Shown piece after piece: positions 17,196-25,272 of a stretch of 32,000 nt of DNA. The notes under the pieces are model-generated. The model made no database searches. It was not told the origin of the DNA and was given only the letters and a program-made list of their open reading frames with translations. Made by a program: the position numbers and the translations under genes. The stretch is from Paracoccus suum (GTDB taxonomy: Bacteria; Pseudomonadota; Alphaproteobacteria; Rhodobacterales; Rhodobacteraceae), in NCBI RefSeq assembly GCF_003324675.1, contig NZ_CP030918.1:2790001-2822000 (forward strand), read 5' to 3'. Every line of letters starts with the position of its first letter. The stretch's first letter is position 1.

Positions 17196-18398
17196 CTAGG
17201 CTGCCTTGACGTGGGTGGTTTCCACGACGTTGCGCATGTAGCCGGCCGGATTCCACAGCGCCTCCATCGGTTGCGTCTGTCCGATCCGGTTGCTGGCGCG
17301 CACCATCAGGGCGATGTCGCCCGACGCGACCGGCAGATCGAGCGTCCACTCGCGGAACGAGTACTTGCCAAGGTCCTCGCCCAGCTTGGCGCGTGTCCAG
17401 GTCGCGCCGCCATCCGCCGACAGGCTCACATCCGTGATCCCGTAGCCGCCGTCAAAGGCAATGCCGCGCAGGGCCAGAGGGGCGTTCGCTGCGACAACAT
17501 CGCCATTCACCTTGTTGGTGATGAAGGACCGGACGTTGAACCGCGCAATCGGCACCGTGTGCGCGGGCGTGGTGCCCGGCTCGACGCAGGCACAGGTGTT
17601 GTCCGGGATGCGGTAGGCCTTGGTCATCCAGAAGGAGTCGAGCGGCGTGTCCCGCACCGTGATCTGGTTCAGGTGCTTGACCCAGTAGGTCCCGTAATAG
17701 CCGGGCACGACCAGACGCAGCGGAAAGCCGTTTAGCCAGGGCAGGTCCTCGCCATTCATCGCCCAGGCCAGCATCACCTCGCCGTCGAGAGCGTGCTCCA
17801 CCGCCAGGGCCTTGGTGAAATCGGGCGTCTCGGCCAGGACCGGGCCGTCCAGGCCGTCGAATGCCACCTGCACCGCGCCCTCCCCAACGCCTGCCTTTTC
17901 GAGGACGGATTTCAGCGAGACGCCGGTCCAGCGGGCATTGCCCATCAGCCCGTTGCCTGCCTGCCCGCCCGCGACGCGCGGGTCGACGAAACCGCGGCTG
18001 TTGCCGGAACACTGATGCACTGCAACGACCTCGACCGGCTCGAACTGCGATTTCAGGTCGGCAAGGGACAGCGACAGAGGGGTCGCGACCTTGCCGCCGA
18101 CCTCAAGCCGGAATGCCTCGGGGTCGATCTCGGTCGGGATGTCGGCGAGGTGGTAGCGCACGAAAAAGGCGTCGTTCGGGGTGATCACGCCGTCGTTGAA
18201 GATGCTGAAGGGCGTCTCCAGCTGCGGGGGACGGGCGGTTAGGCCCAGCAGCGGCCGCTTGCCGGGATAGCTCACAAGCTGGCGCTCGCCATTCTCGAAG
18301 CCGAGGTTCACGGCTTCGGCGAAGGATGGCGTGCCGCCCAACAGCGCGAGGCCACTGGCGGCCCCCGCGGATGCGATCATCTGTCGTCTGGTGAACAT
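17196..18398 (-). CDS. sorA: Sulfite-oxidase-family molybdopterin oxidoreductase, SorA-like sulfite dehydrogenase catalytic subunit, Tat-exported
   Basis: ATG at 18398 after GGGAGAA. Twin-arginine leader MFTRRQMIASAGAASGLALLGG. Moco-cysteine context VAVHQCSGNSRGF. C-terminal dimerisation-domain-like region. Confidence 0.85.
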   Translation of the reverse strand: MFTRRQMIASAGAASGLALLGGTPSFAEAVNLGFENGERQLVSYPGKRPLLGLTARPPQLETPFSIFNDGVITPNDAFFVRYHLADIPTEIDPEAFRLEVGGKVATPLSLSLADLKSQFEPVEVVAVHQCSGNSRGFVDPRVAGGQAGNGLMGNARWTGVSLKSVLEKAGVGEGAVQVAFDGLDGPVLAETPDFTKALAVEHALDGEVMLAWAMNGEDLPWLNGFPLRLVVPGYYGTYWVKHLNQITVRDTPLDSFWMTKAYRIPDNTCACVEPGTTPAHTVPIARFNVRSFITNKVNGDVVAANAPLALRGIAFDGGYGITDVSLSADGGATWTRAKLGEDLGKYSFREWTLDLPVASGDIALMVRASNRIGQTQPMEALWNPAGYMRNVVETTHVKAA

Positions 18399-18466
18399 GA
18401 CTTTCTCCCGTTGAGCGCGGCGCCTGCTCTTTGGACTTGGCGCGATGATGGCGCGACATGACAAAA

Positions 18467-18493
18467 GACGATTCAGGGGGCGGATTTATTCCC
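18467..18493 (-). promoter_or_regulatory. ECF-type promoter candidate upstream of sorA (GGGAAT-N17-CGTC)
   Basis: The minus strand reads GGGAAT (18493-18488), a 17-nt spacer, then CGTC (18470-18467). The -10 element lies about 69 nt upstream of the sorA ATG, in the 119-nt gap after the anti-sigma gene. Confidence 0.35.
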
Positions 18494-18517
18494 GGCCGGT
18501 CGAAATATTTGTGGTGA

Positions 18518-19303
18518 TCAGCCGAGGCAGGACTGCCGCGCCTCGGTCAGTGCCAGCACCAGGTCGGGGTGGGACTGGTCAGGTGCCCGCGAGGCGCGGT
18601 GCAGCGAGATGGCGAGGGTGGCAAAGCGGACCGGGGCCATCGAGCGCGATATGAGGGTAAACTCGGTGCCACCCTCGGCCCAGTCGGCCAGCAGCGTCCG
18701 GCCATCATCCGTGAGCTTCAGGCCCGATGCCGTTCCCGCGGCGGCTGGACGCGAGAAAATGCCGACATGGCACCGGTGCGTGCCAACGAAATCGCGTGCC
18801 GTGGCGATCCCGCCCGATGGCAGCGCGAGGTTTGACGCCGCCGCCTGTCGCAGACCATTCGCCTGCATCAGATCGGTGATAGAGTCCGGCAGTGCAGGCG
18901 CCGGACCGGAAGACGGCAGGGCGCCTCCTGCGACTGTCGCCTCGAACTGCGCGACCATGGCCGCCGTATCCGCGTCCTGCGCAGTCGCGATAATGGCCGT
19001 CGCGGTGAGCATGTCCCGCTGCGCCCACCAGAGCCCGCCGACTGCCAAAGCCGCCAGACCGGCGGCAAGGACAGTCGCGGCGCGGATCGGCAAGCGCCGT
19101 TGCGGTTGCCCCGGCAGGGCGATCACTACGGTTTCGCGCCCGAGGGCCGCAACACCCGCACGCATCGCCTGATATCGGGCCACGGTCTGGGCCAGTGCTG
19201 GTTCGCGCGCGATCTGGGCGGCGAATTCCGCCGCCTCCTGCCGCGTCATCTCGCCGTCGACATAGGCGCTGACCCGGTCTGCGGGGGACAATGGCTCAGC
19301 CAT
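18518..19303 (-). CDS. Single-pass transmembrane anti-sigma factor
   Basis: Start overlaps the sigma gene end by 8 nt. N-terminal anti-sigma-like helix bundle (VSAYVDGEMTRQEAAEFAAQIAREPALAQTVARYQAMRAG) and one TM segment (AATVLAAGLAALAVGGLWWA). The periplasmic C-domain has no fold I recognise. Confidence 0.7.
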   Translation of the reverse strand: MAEPLSPADRVSAYVDGEMTRQEAAEFAAQIAREPALAQTVARYQAMRAGVAALGRETVVIALPGQPQRRLPIRAATVLAAGLAALAVGGLWWAQRDMLTATAIIATAQDADTAAMVAQFEATVAGGALPSSGPAPALPDSITDLMQANGLRQAAASNLALPSGGIATARDFVGTHRCHVGIFSRPAAAGTASGLKLTDDGRTLLADWAEGGTEFTLISRSMAPVRFATLAISLHRASRAPDQSHPDLVLALTEARQSCLG

Positions 19304-19826
19304 GACCGGCCCGCCGATTCCGCCCGGGAAACTCCACCACCCTGGAATCGGACAGCAGCGTGGCCAGTGCCGCGCGCGCGCGGCTTACCCTGCTCATGAC
19401 CGTTCCCCGGTTGATGCCCAGCATGATCGCGGTCTCGTCATAGCTGAAGCCGCCGATATCAACGAGCGCCAGGACGTCGCGGTGATCAGGCGAGAGCAAA
19501 AGGAACGCCTCGCGCACCGCCAGTTGCGTCACGGCGCCATCGGAAAGCGCGTCGGTGACGGGGCTGGCCTCACCGACCGCGTCCTGCAGCGCGCGTTGAC
19601 GCCGGAACGCGCGGAGCTGGTCGACCCAGCTGTTCCGGGCGATGGCAAAGAGCCAGCCTCGGAACGCACGCTCGTTGTCCGGCGCCGATGGGCCCGCCAG
19701 CGCCCGGACCACGCAATCCTGGACCAGATCTATCGCCTGCTCGCGGTTGCGCGTCAGCGCCAGCGCATAGCCGAACAGCGTGCCACCGGCGGCTGTCAGC
19801 ATTCGGCGTTGATCGGCATCCAGCAC
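19296..19826 (-). CDS. ECF (group 4) sigma-70 family RNA polymerase sigma factor
   Basis: Region 2 (AIDLVQDCVVRAL...FRGWLFAIARNSWVDQLR) and region 4 (ETAIMLGINRGTVMSRVSRARAAL). GTG at 19826 lies 7 nt after GGAGG (19838-19834). The track ORF extends to 19877, and ATG at 19802 is also possible. Confidence 0.85.
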   Translation of the reverse strand: MLDADQRRMLTAAGGTLFGYALALTRNREQAIDLVQDCVVRALAGPSAPDNERAFRGWLFAIARNSWVDQLRAFRRQRALQDAVGEASPVTDALSDGAVTQLAVREAFLLLSPDHRDVLALVDIGGFSYDETAIMLGINRGTVMSRVSRARAALATLLSDSRVVEFPGRNRRAGHG

Positions 19827-19922
19827 TGACCGGCCTCCGTTTTCGGGGAGGCTAGACGCATGCGGGCCGGAACGCACCGCCTTTGTGACGGAGCGCCACG
19901 CCGGGAATTATTTTCCCACCCA

Positions 19923-19948
19923 GGGATTATTTCCTGCCGTGCCCCGTC
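19923..19948 (+). promoter_or_regulatory. ECF-type promoter candidate upstream of the second sigma operon (GGGATT-N16-CGTC)
   Basis: GGGATT (19923-19928), a 16-nt spacer, then CGTC (19945-19948), 56 nt before the 20004 ATG. A second box GGGAAT (19903-19908) lies 20 nt upstream. Both boxes are followed by TATTT. Confidence 0.25.
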
Positions 19949-20003
19949 ATTCCTAACCAGATGCAGCGAAAATCGCCGCATCGCCCAAACGGGAGTGATA
20001 CCG

Positions 20004-20375
20004 ATGAAGCGCCTGATGATCTCCTCCTTCGCCCTGATCCTTGCGGCGGGCAGTGCCCTGGCCGCGGCGCCCAAGACCGCCGAAGGCACCGGCGGCGCGA
20101 TGCTGACCAATGCCGAGGGCATGACGCTGTATACCTTCGACAAGGACACCAAGGGCGTGTCCAACTGCGATGCCGACTGCCTCGCTAACTGGCCGGCCGC
20201 CGTCGCCGACGCGGGCGACAAGGCCGAGGGGGACTTTGCCATCATCGACCGTGCTGACGGCACGAAGCAGTGGACCTACAAGGGCATGCCGCTCTACACC
20301 TTCGTCAAGGATACCGCCGCGGGCGAGGTGAAGGGTGACGGGCTGAAGGACGTCTGGCACGTCGCGCGTCCCTGA
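20004..20375 (+). CDS. Secreted Yx(FWY)xxD-repeat protein (COG4315 / Lipoprotein_15-like)
   Basis: ATG at 20004 after GGGAG. Signal peptide MKRLMISSFALILAAGSALAA. Two repeats carry the motif: MTLYTFDKD and MPLYTFVKD, plus CDADCLANWPA. Confidence 0.75.
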   Translation: MKRLMISSFALILAAGSALAAAPKTAEGTGGAMLTNAEGMTLYTFDKDTKGVSNCDADCLANWPAAVADAGDKAEGDFAIIDRADGTKQWTYKGMPLYTFVKDTAAGEVKGDGLKDVWHVARP

Positions 20376-20416
20376 CCTTCGTCCGCAAGTGATCGCCCTG
20401 CCAGAAAGCCCGCTGC

Positions 20417-20944
20417 ATGACGGTCCTGGAAGACATCGAGGCCTCGATCCCTGCGCTGCGGCGCTATGCCCGGGCCTTGATGCGCGATCCGGACCGGGCG
20501 GATGATCTGGTGCAGGATTGCCTGGAACGGGCCGTTGCGAAGCGCCATTCGTGGCGCGGCGACGGCCCGGTTCAGGCCTGGTTGTTCCGCATCCTCATCA
20601 ACCGTTACCGCGATCTGCAACGCCAGAACCCGGGTCCCGGCCATCTTGTGGCCATCGACGACCTGACGTTCGAGACCGCTCAGCCCGGCGGGCAGGAAGC
20701 CGGACTCGCCCTGCGCGAGGTGCAGGACGCGCTCGCCCGCCTGCCCGGCGATCAGCGCGAGGCGCTGGTCATCGTGGCGCTGGAGGGTAACAGCTTCGAT
20801 CAGGCGGCCAGCCTTCTCGACATTCCAAAGGGCACGCTGATGTCGCGACTGGCGCGCGCTCGCGCGACGCTGCGGGTGCTGACCGGCCGCGGCGCCGGGC
20901 CGACAGAGACAAGGGGGCCAAGCCAGGGTGCCAGACATGAGTGA
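20417..20944 (+). CDS. ECF (group 4) sigma-70 family RNA polymerase sigma factor (second copy)
   Basis: Region 2 (ADDLVQDCLERAV...VQAWLFRILINRYRDLQR) and region 4 (QAASLLDIPKGTLMSRLARARATL). Only 41 nt separate it from the upstream gene. Confidence 0.85.
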   Translation: MTVLEDIEASIPALRRYARALMRDPDRADDLVQDCLERAVAKRHSWRGDGPVQAWLFRILINRYRDLQRQNPGPGHLVAIDDLTFETAQPGGQEAGLALREVQDALARLPGDQREALVIVALEGNSFDQAASLLDIPKGTLMSRLARARATLRVLTGRGAGPTETRGPSQGARHE

Positions 20945-21722
20945 GCAGATCGCCCTGACGGACCACGAGTTGCTGGGCTACGCCTCTGCCTCGTTGCCCC
21001 CGGCCGAGGCGACCGCCATCGCCGCGCGCTTGGCTGGTGATGCCGCCGCGCGCGCCACCCTCGCTGAATGGCAGAGACAGGATGCCGCCCTCGCCGCGCT
21101 CTATCAGGCCGTGGCGCGCGAACCCGTGCCGACGCGCCTGACCGATGTCATTCGCCGCGCCGAGGCTGAGGATGTGACAAGGACGGGCGGCCGCCCTTGG
21201 ACGAGCCGTTGGCAGATCGCCGCGACGGTTGCCGCGCTGGCGCTCGGCGTAGGCGCAGGCTGGTTCGCGCGCGATCTGGCCGCGTCCCGTCCCGCGGCGC
21301 ACACGCTCGCAAGCGACGCCATGCGGGCCTACGACACCTATGTCGTCGAGGTCGCGCACCCGGTCGAGGTCGCCGCCTCGGATGCTGATCACCTGAATAC
21401 CTGGATGTCCAAGCGCCTTGGCCACCAGATGCGCCCACCGGACTTCGCCGCCGTTGGCTTCACGTTGATGGGCGGACGTATCGTGCCGTCCGAAAAGGGG
21501 CCAGCCGCGCTCTACATGTATGACAACGCCGCCGGACAGCGGATCACGCTTTACGTCGCGCCCCAGGGCGCCAGCACCACGACCGCCTTCCAGTTCGCGC
21601 AAGAGGGGCCGACCCAGGGGTTCTACTGGATGGACCGCGATCTGAGCTATGCGGTCGTCGGCACCGTCCCGCGCTCGGACCTGCGGCGGATCGCACTGGC
21701 GGCTTATGAGCAGTTGATCTGA
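20937..21722 (+). CDS. Single-pass transmembrane anti-sigma factor (second copy)
   Basis: ATG at 20937 (or GTG at 20928) overlaps the sigma gene end. N-terminal LTDHELLGYASASLPPAEATAIAARLAGDAAARATLAEWQRQDAAL and TM segment WQIAATVAALALGVGAGWF. The periplasmic domain includes ALYMYDNAAGQRITLYV. Confidence 0.7.
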   Translation: MSEQIALTDHELLGYASASLPPAEATAIAARLAGDAAARATLAEWQRQDAALAALYQAVAREPVPTRLTDVIRRAEAEDVTRTGGRPWTSRWQIAATVAALALGVGAGWFARDLAASRPAAHTLASDAMRAYDTYVVEVAHPVEVAASDADHLNTWMSKRLGHQMRPPDFAAVGFTLMGGRIVPSEKGPAALYMYDNAAGQRITLYVAPQGASTTTAFQFAQEGPTQGFYWMDRDLSYAVVGTVPRSDLRRIALAAYEQLI

Positions 21723-21786
21723 AGCAGCGGGCGGCGCGAGGTCGAAGTAGCGCAGACTTGCCTTGATGGGCCTTTCGGCACGGGGC

Positions 21787-21813
21787 GGGAATGGCACGGC
21801 AGGCCGACTCGTC
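21787..21813 (+). promoter_or_regulatory. ECF-type promoter candidate upstream of the M50-like gene (GGGAAT-N17-CGTC)
   Basis: GGGAAT (21787-21792), a 17-nt spacer, then CGTC (21810-21813). The specified bases and spacing are identical to the sorA-upstream box. Lies about 123 nt before the 21936 ATG. Confidence 0.35.
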
Positions 21814-21935
21814 AGGGGGGCTGACCGGGTGCGTCCCATCCCCGTAGTCCGCCCCTGCCTCCGCCCTGCGCAGTTCAATGGACTATCCCCGGACTTCTGG
21901 GCATAGCCTCGGCATCGAACAGCCGGACGGGCTCG

Positions 21936-22541
21936 ATGGTATTTCTCTATGACCTGACCATGTCGCAGATCATCCTGCGGATTGTCGCGGCGCTGTTTTA
22001 CGCTTGTCTGCAGGGTTTTCTTCTGGCGGCGATCCTGACGCTGACGGGCGATCCGCGACCGCGCCAGCAAGGCTGGCTTACCCTTAACCCGTTCCGGCAC
22101 CTGCTGGTCTCGGGTGTGTTCCTGACCATCGCCTTTCAAGCAAGCTGGGTCCAGCCCCCGCCATATTCCCCCGCCCGAACCTGGTTCGGACGGCTGCGGC
22201 CCCTCGCGACGATTCTGGTCAGCTTTGCCCTGCTGCTGGCACTCGTCCCGCTGCTGGATCTGGCGCGGGCGCCGCTGCACCAGATGTTGCCCCGAACGGG
22301 CGGCTACGCGGTGCTCGCCAGCATCGATACGCTGCAACGCGTCATCATCGGGGCCATCGCCATCGGTGTGCTGCCCTTTCCCGGTCTTCTGGCCGGATGG
22401 GCCTTGCTTGCGATCTTTCCGCGGCTGGCAAAACGCTGGCGGAAACTGTCAGGCATCGGCATGGCGGCTGCCGCGATCCTGCTGGTCCTCGGATGGTTTC
22501 CTGACATCAAGCCGCTGCTCGCGGCCCTGCGGCTGGTCTGA
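21936..22541 (+). CDS. Polytopic membrane protein resembling site-2 protease (peptidase M50) but lacking HExxH and the LDG Asp
   Basis: LTGDPRPRQQGWLTLNPFRHL parallels the GDPT..GRLTLNP..H(I/L)DP segment that follows HExxH in short M50 proteins. QGFLL occupies the HExxH position. GVLPFPGLLAGW occupies the NxxPxxxLDG position. The protein has only two His and no Glu. ATG at 21960 is an alternative start. Confidence 0.6.
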   Translation: MVFLYDLTMSQIILRIVAALFYACLQGFLLAAILTLTGDPRPRQQGWLTLNPFRHLLVSGVFLTIAFQASWVQPPPYSPARTWFGRLRPLATILVSFALLLALVPLLDLARAPLHQMLPRTGGYAVLASIDTLQRVIIGAIAIGVLPFPGLLAGWALLAIFPRLAKRWRKLSGIGMAAAAILLVLGWFPDIKPLLAALRLV

Positions 22542-23378
22542 TTACTGCACGCCCTTGGCGTCGCCCGGCGTGCCCGCGTAGCCGAACTTTTCCATCAGCC
22601 CGGCAATCGTGCCGTCCGCAACCAGTGCATCAATTGCCTGGTCGATCTGGGTCCGCAGATAGGTGTCGCGCGCCTTCATCAGGATGCCGACCCGCGTCAC
22701 CGTCTCGGGTACCGGCGCAATCGGGATGGGATGCAGCGAGGCCGCCTCGGGGTTCGACTTGCGCAGATCGGAGTAGACCGGCGCCCAGATCAGCATGCCC
22801 GCGATCGATCCATCGGCGACTCGCTTTGTCATCAGGTCCATGTCCGCATAGGGCAGCCGGATGTAACGGCGGTCCTTGGGCTGCTGCTGGTTCCAGGTGA
22901 TGAACACCCGCTCGCCCATCGAGGACAGGGGCGTGCCCAGCTTTCGCTCGCGCGGCACGTCCGCGAAGCTTTTGTAATCGTCGCGCACCACGAACAGATA
23001 GGGCAGACTGACATAGGGCCGGCTGAGCACCGCCCAGTCGGGAAAGGGCGAGTTTTCCTGCACGGTCATGCCCATCATGATGTCGCAGGTGTTGGTCATG
23101 GCGATCTGTAACTCGTCCAGAAACCCGTCGCCACTGGTCGGAAAGCCGCCGAAACCCTCGTGAAAATTCACCTTCAGAAACAGCGCATCAGCGATGGCGG
23201 TGGCGACCTCGCGGTCGAATGCGCCGATCTTGCCGGTGACGTCGGTGCAGACCTGCAGCGTGTCGCCCTCCAGCCGGCGGGTGTTGTTCAGCAATTCGGA
23301 CGGCACGCCGTAGCTTTGCGCGAAAGCCGAGGTCGCGATGCCAAGGCCCAGCAGGCCGGCCACAAACCAGGTCTTCAT
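22542..23378 (-). CDS. MoxJ/MxaJ-like periplasmic binding-fold protein (quinoprotein-dehydrogenase-associated)
   Basis: ATG at 23378 after GGAAGGGG. Signal peptide MKTWFVAGLLGLGIATSAFA. LQVCTDV...TCDIMMGM...LSRPYVSLPYLFVVR parallels MxaJ (LRVCAA...TCDVVIGL...SKPYYRSGYVFLTR) as I recall it. Confidence 0.8.
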   Translation of the reverse strand: MKTWFVAGLLGLGIATSAFAQSYGVPSELLNNTRRLEGDTLQVCTDVTGKIGAFDREVATAIADALFLKVNFHEGFGGFPTSGDGFLDELQIAMTNTCDIMMGMTVQENSPFPDWAVLSRPYVSLPYLFVVRDDYKSFADVPRERKLGTPLSSMGERVFITWNQQQPKDRRYIRLPYADMDLMTKRVADGSIAGMLIWAPVYSDLRKSNPEAASLHPIPIAPVPETVTRVGILMKARDTYLRTQIDQAIDALVADGTIAGLMEKFGYAGTPGDAKGVQ

Positions 23379-23406
23379 CTTGAAACCCCTTCCGTCCAAC
23401 CGGAAC

Positions 23407-23422
23407 GGGGGCCGCAGCCCCC
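23407..23422 (-). other. Intercistronic GC stem-loop between the PQQ dehydrogenase and MoxJ-like genes
   Basis: GGGGGC (23407-23412) / cgca / GCCCCC (23417-23422) within the 70-nt spacer. Only a weak T content follows on the minus strand. Confidence 0.3.
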
Positions 23423-23448
23423 GCCCCTTCGCGTAATGGCCGCAAGCG

Positions 23449-25209
23449 TTACTGGCCGTCCTTCTTCAGCTTGAACACGAAGATCGAGTTGCCGGTGCCG
23501 TTCGGCAGCGGCATCTCCGGGAAGGCCGACGAGATGGTCGAGGCCGAGTTCGAATATCCGGTCGGCACGACCAGATACTGCTCGCCATCGATCTCGTAGG
23601 TGACGGGCGAGCCGCCGATCGGTGCGTTCAGCCGCTGCTGCCACAGCACGTCGCCGGTCTTGTCGTCAAAGGCCTTGATGTATCGCGCAGCGTCTCCGCC
23701 GAACACCAGACCGCCCGCAGTCGCGAGCACCGACGAGGTCGGCGCCTCGCGCTGGCGGTGCTGCCACAGGTGATCGCCCTGTGTCGGGTTGATCGACAGC
23801 GCCTCGAACAGGCCCGCCTTGTCCTGACCCTCCGGCAGCACGCGCGGCCCGAACTTGACCGAGCCGACCGCGTTACCGGCGGTGAACTCTGACTGGGTCG
23901 GGGTCACGTCGTTACATGCCTCAGTCAGCGGCACGTAATAGGTCTGGGTCAGCGGGCTGTACGAGCCGACCTGCCACAGCTTGCCGCCCGAGACCGAGGT
24001 GCAGGCATGGACGGGCTGGCCGACGGCGGTCGGAACCAGATCGCGGTTGATATGCACCGTGCCATCATCGTCGATCTTGGTCACGACGTTCTGGAACACG
24101 GTGTCCTTGTGCCAAAGGTATTTGCCCGTCTCGCGATCGAGGGCGAAGGCGATGCCGTTCTTGCCGGGAACCGAGATCAGCAGCTTGTGCTCGGCGCCGT
24201 CCACGTCCTGATCGACCAGAATCCGCTCGAACGGGCTGTCGAGGTCCCAGTTATCTTCGGGCAGGTGCTGGTAATACCACTTCAGCTTGCCGGTGTTCAC
24301 GTCCAGCGCCAGCGTCGAGTTGGTGTAGAGCACCTTGCCTTCGGCCGAGCCGCGGATCAGTTCGGCATAGGGGCCGGGCATCCCGACGCCCCAATAGGTC
24401 ATGCCCAGTTCCGGATCGTAGGAACCGGTGGTCCACGGCGTGCCGCCCCAGCGGTTCTCGGGCGGAACCTCACCCCAGCTTTCACCCTGCTTGGGGTTGT
24501 CCGGATCGTTGATGGTGTTGAAGCGCCACAACTCTTCGCCGGTGTTCAGATCGTGCGCCATGATAAAGCAGCCGCCTGCGGTCCCCGCGATCGAGCAGCC
24601 CGAGATAGCCGAGATGATCTTGTCACCCGCGATCAGCGGGCCGACCGTGTAGGAATAGCCCTTTTGCCAGTCCAGGACCTGCTTTTCCCAGGACACCTTG
24701 CCGGTCTTGGCGTCCAGCGCGACCAGCTTTGCGTCCGGCGTGGTCAGGATGACCTTGTCGCCCGCGAGCGCGATAGAGTTCTTTTGACGGCGCGCCTGGT
24801 TGGCCTGATAGGACCAGGATTCCGGCAGTTGCGGCAGCACGTGGCGATAGGTCCACAGCAAGTCGCCCGACTTGGCGTCCAGCGCCTCTACGATACCGTT
24901 TGAGGTTTGCAGGAACATCACGCCGTCATGGATCAGCGGCACGGTTTCCTGAATGCCGACGTCGGCCATCGGCCAGGCCCAGGCCAGTTCCAGGTTCTTG
25001 ACCGTGTCCTTGTTGATCTGGTCCAACTGCGAGAAGCCGGTGTTGGAATAATCGCCGCGCCATTGCAGCCATTCGCCCTTGGGTGGGGTGGTCAGCATCT
25101 CGCTGGTGACGGGGCTGTATTTGTCCAGCACACTTTGGGCGAAGGCGCCGGGGGCAACGCAGATCAGCGCGGTCGAGGCGATCAGCAGGTGCTTGCGAAG
25201 GTTCAGCAT
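23449..25209 (-). CDS. Periplasmic PQQ-dependent dehydrogenase (8-bladed propeller), divergent from the methanol/ethanol family
   Basis: 586 aa. Signal peptide MLNLRKHLLIASTALICVAPGAFA. Six clear PQQ-repeat motifs (ALDAKSGDLLW, ALDAKTGKVSW, AHDLNTGEELW, ALDVNTGKLKW, ALDRETGKYLW, AFDDKTGDVLW). Flanked by cytochrome c and MoxJ-like genes. Confidence 0.85.
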   Translation of the reverse strand: MLNLRKHLLIASTALICVAPGAFAQSVLDKYSPVTSEMLTTPPKGEWLQWRGDYSNTGFSQLDQINKDTVKNLELAWAWPMADVGIQETVPLIHDGVMFLQTSNGIVEALDAKSGDLLWTYRHVLPQLPESWSYQANQARRQKNSIALAGDKVILTTPDAKLVALDAKTGKVSWEKQVLDWQKGYSYTVGPLIAGDKIISAISGCSIAGTAGGCFIMAHDLNTGEELWRFNTINDPDNPKQGESWGEVPPENRWGGTPWTTGSYDPELGMTYWGVGMPGPYAELIRGSAEGKVLYTNSTLALDVNTGKLKWYYQHLPEDNWDLDSPFERILVDQDVDGAEHKLLISVPGKNGIAFALDRETGKYLWHKDTVFQNVVTKIDDDGTVHINRDLVPTAVGQPVHACTSVSGGKLWQVGSYSPLTQTYYVPLTEACNDVTPTQSEFTAGNAVGSVKFGPRVLPEGQDKAGLFEALSINPTQGDHLWQHRQREAPTSSVLATAGGLVFGGDAARYIKAFDDKTGDVLWQQRLNAPIGGSPVTYEIDGEQYLVVPTGYSNSASTISSAFPEMPLPNGTGNSIFVFKLKKDGQ

Positions 25210-25272
25210 GTCCAGGGTCTCTCCTTCAGGCAGGTCGCGGCACGAGGCGGCGAGGGCACTGCCAGGAACGCG

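Noticed and set aside
19827-19934. Tandem GGGAATTATTTTCC / GGGATTATTTCC boxes as a minus-strand autoregulated promoter for the first ECF sigma gene
   Set aside because: Reading the minus strand, I found no CGTC-like -10 at 16-17 nt from any GGAA-type box. Only the plus-strand arrangement (GGGATT-N16-CGTC) fits, so no promoter is called for the first sigma gene.
20769-22337. 522-aa minus-strand ORF spanning the second sigma/anti-sigma genes and the following intergenic region
   Set aside because: Arg/Gly-rich low-complexity translation with no domain pattern. It is antisense to two well-supported genes and crosses a non-coding gap, so I treat it as a compositional artefact.
23449-25209. Calling the PQQ enzyme lanthanide-dependent from the W-D-L-D motif
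   Set aside because: The D-x-D marker is defined within the methanol/ethanol family. Here the other metal ligands of that family (Glu, Asn) do not align by eye, so the marker may not transfer. I left it as a question inside the finding, not as a call.
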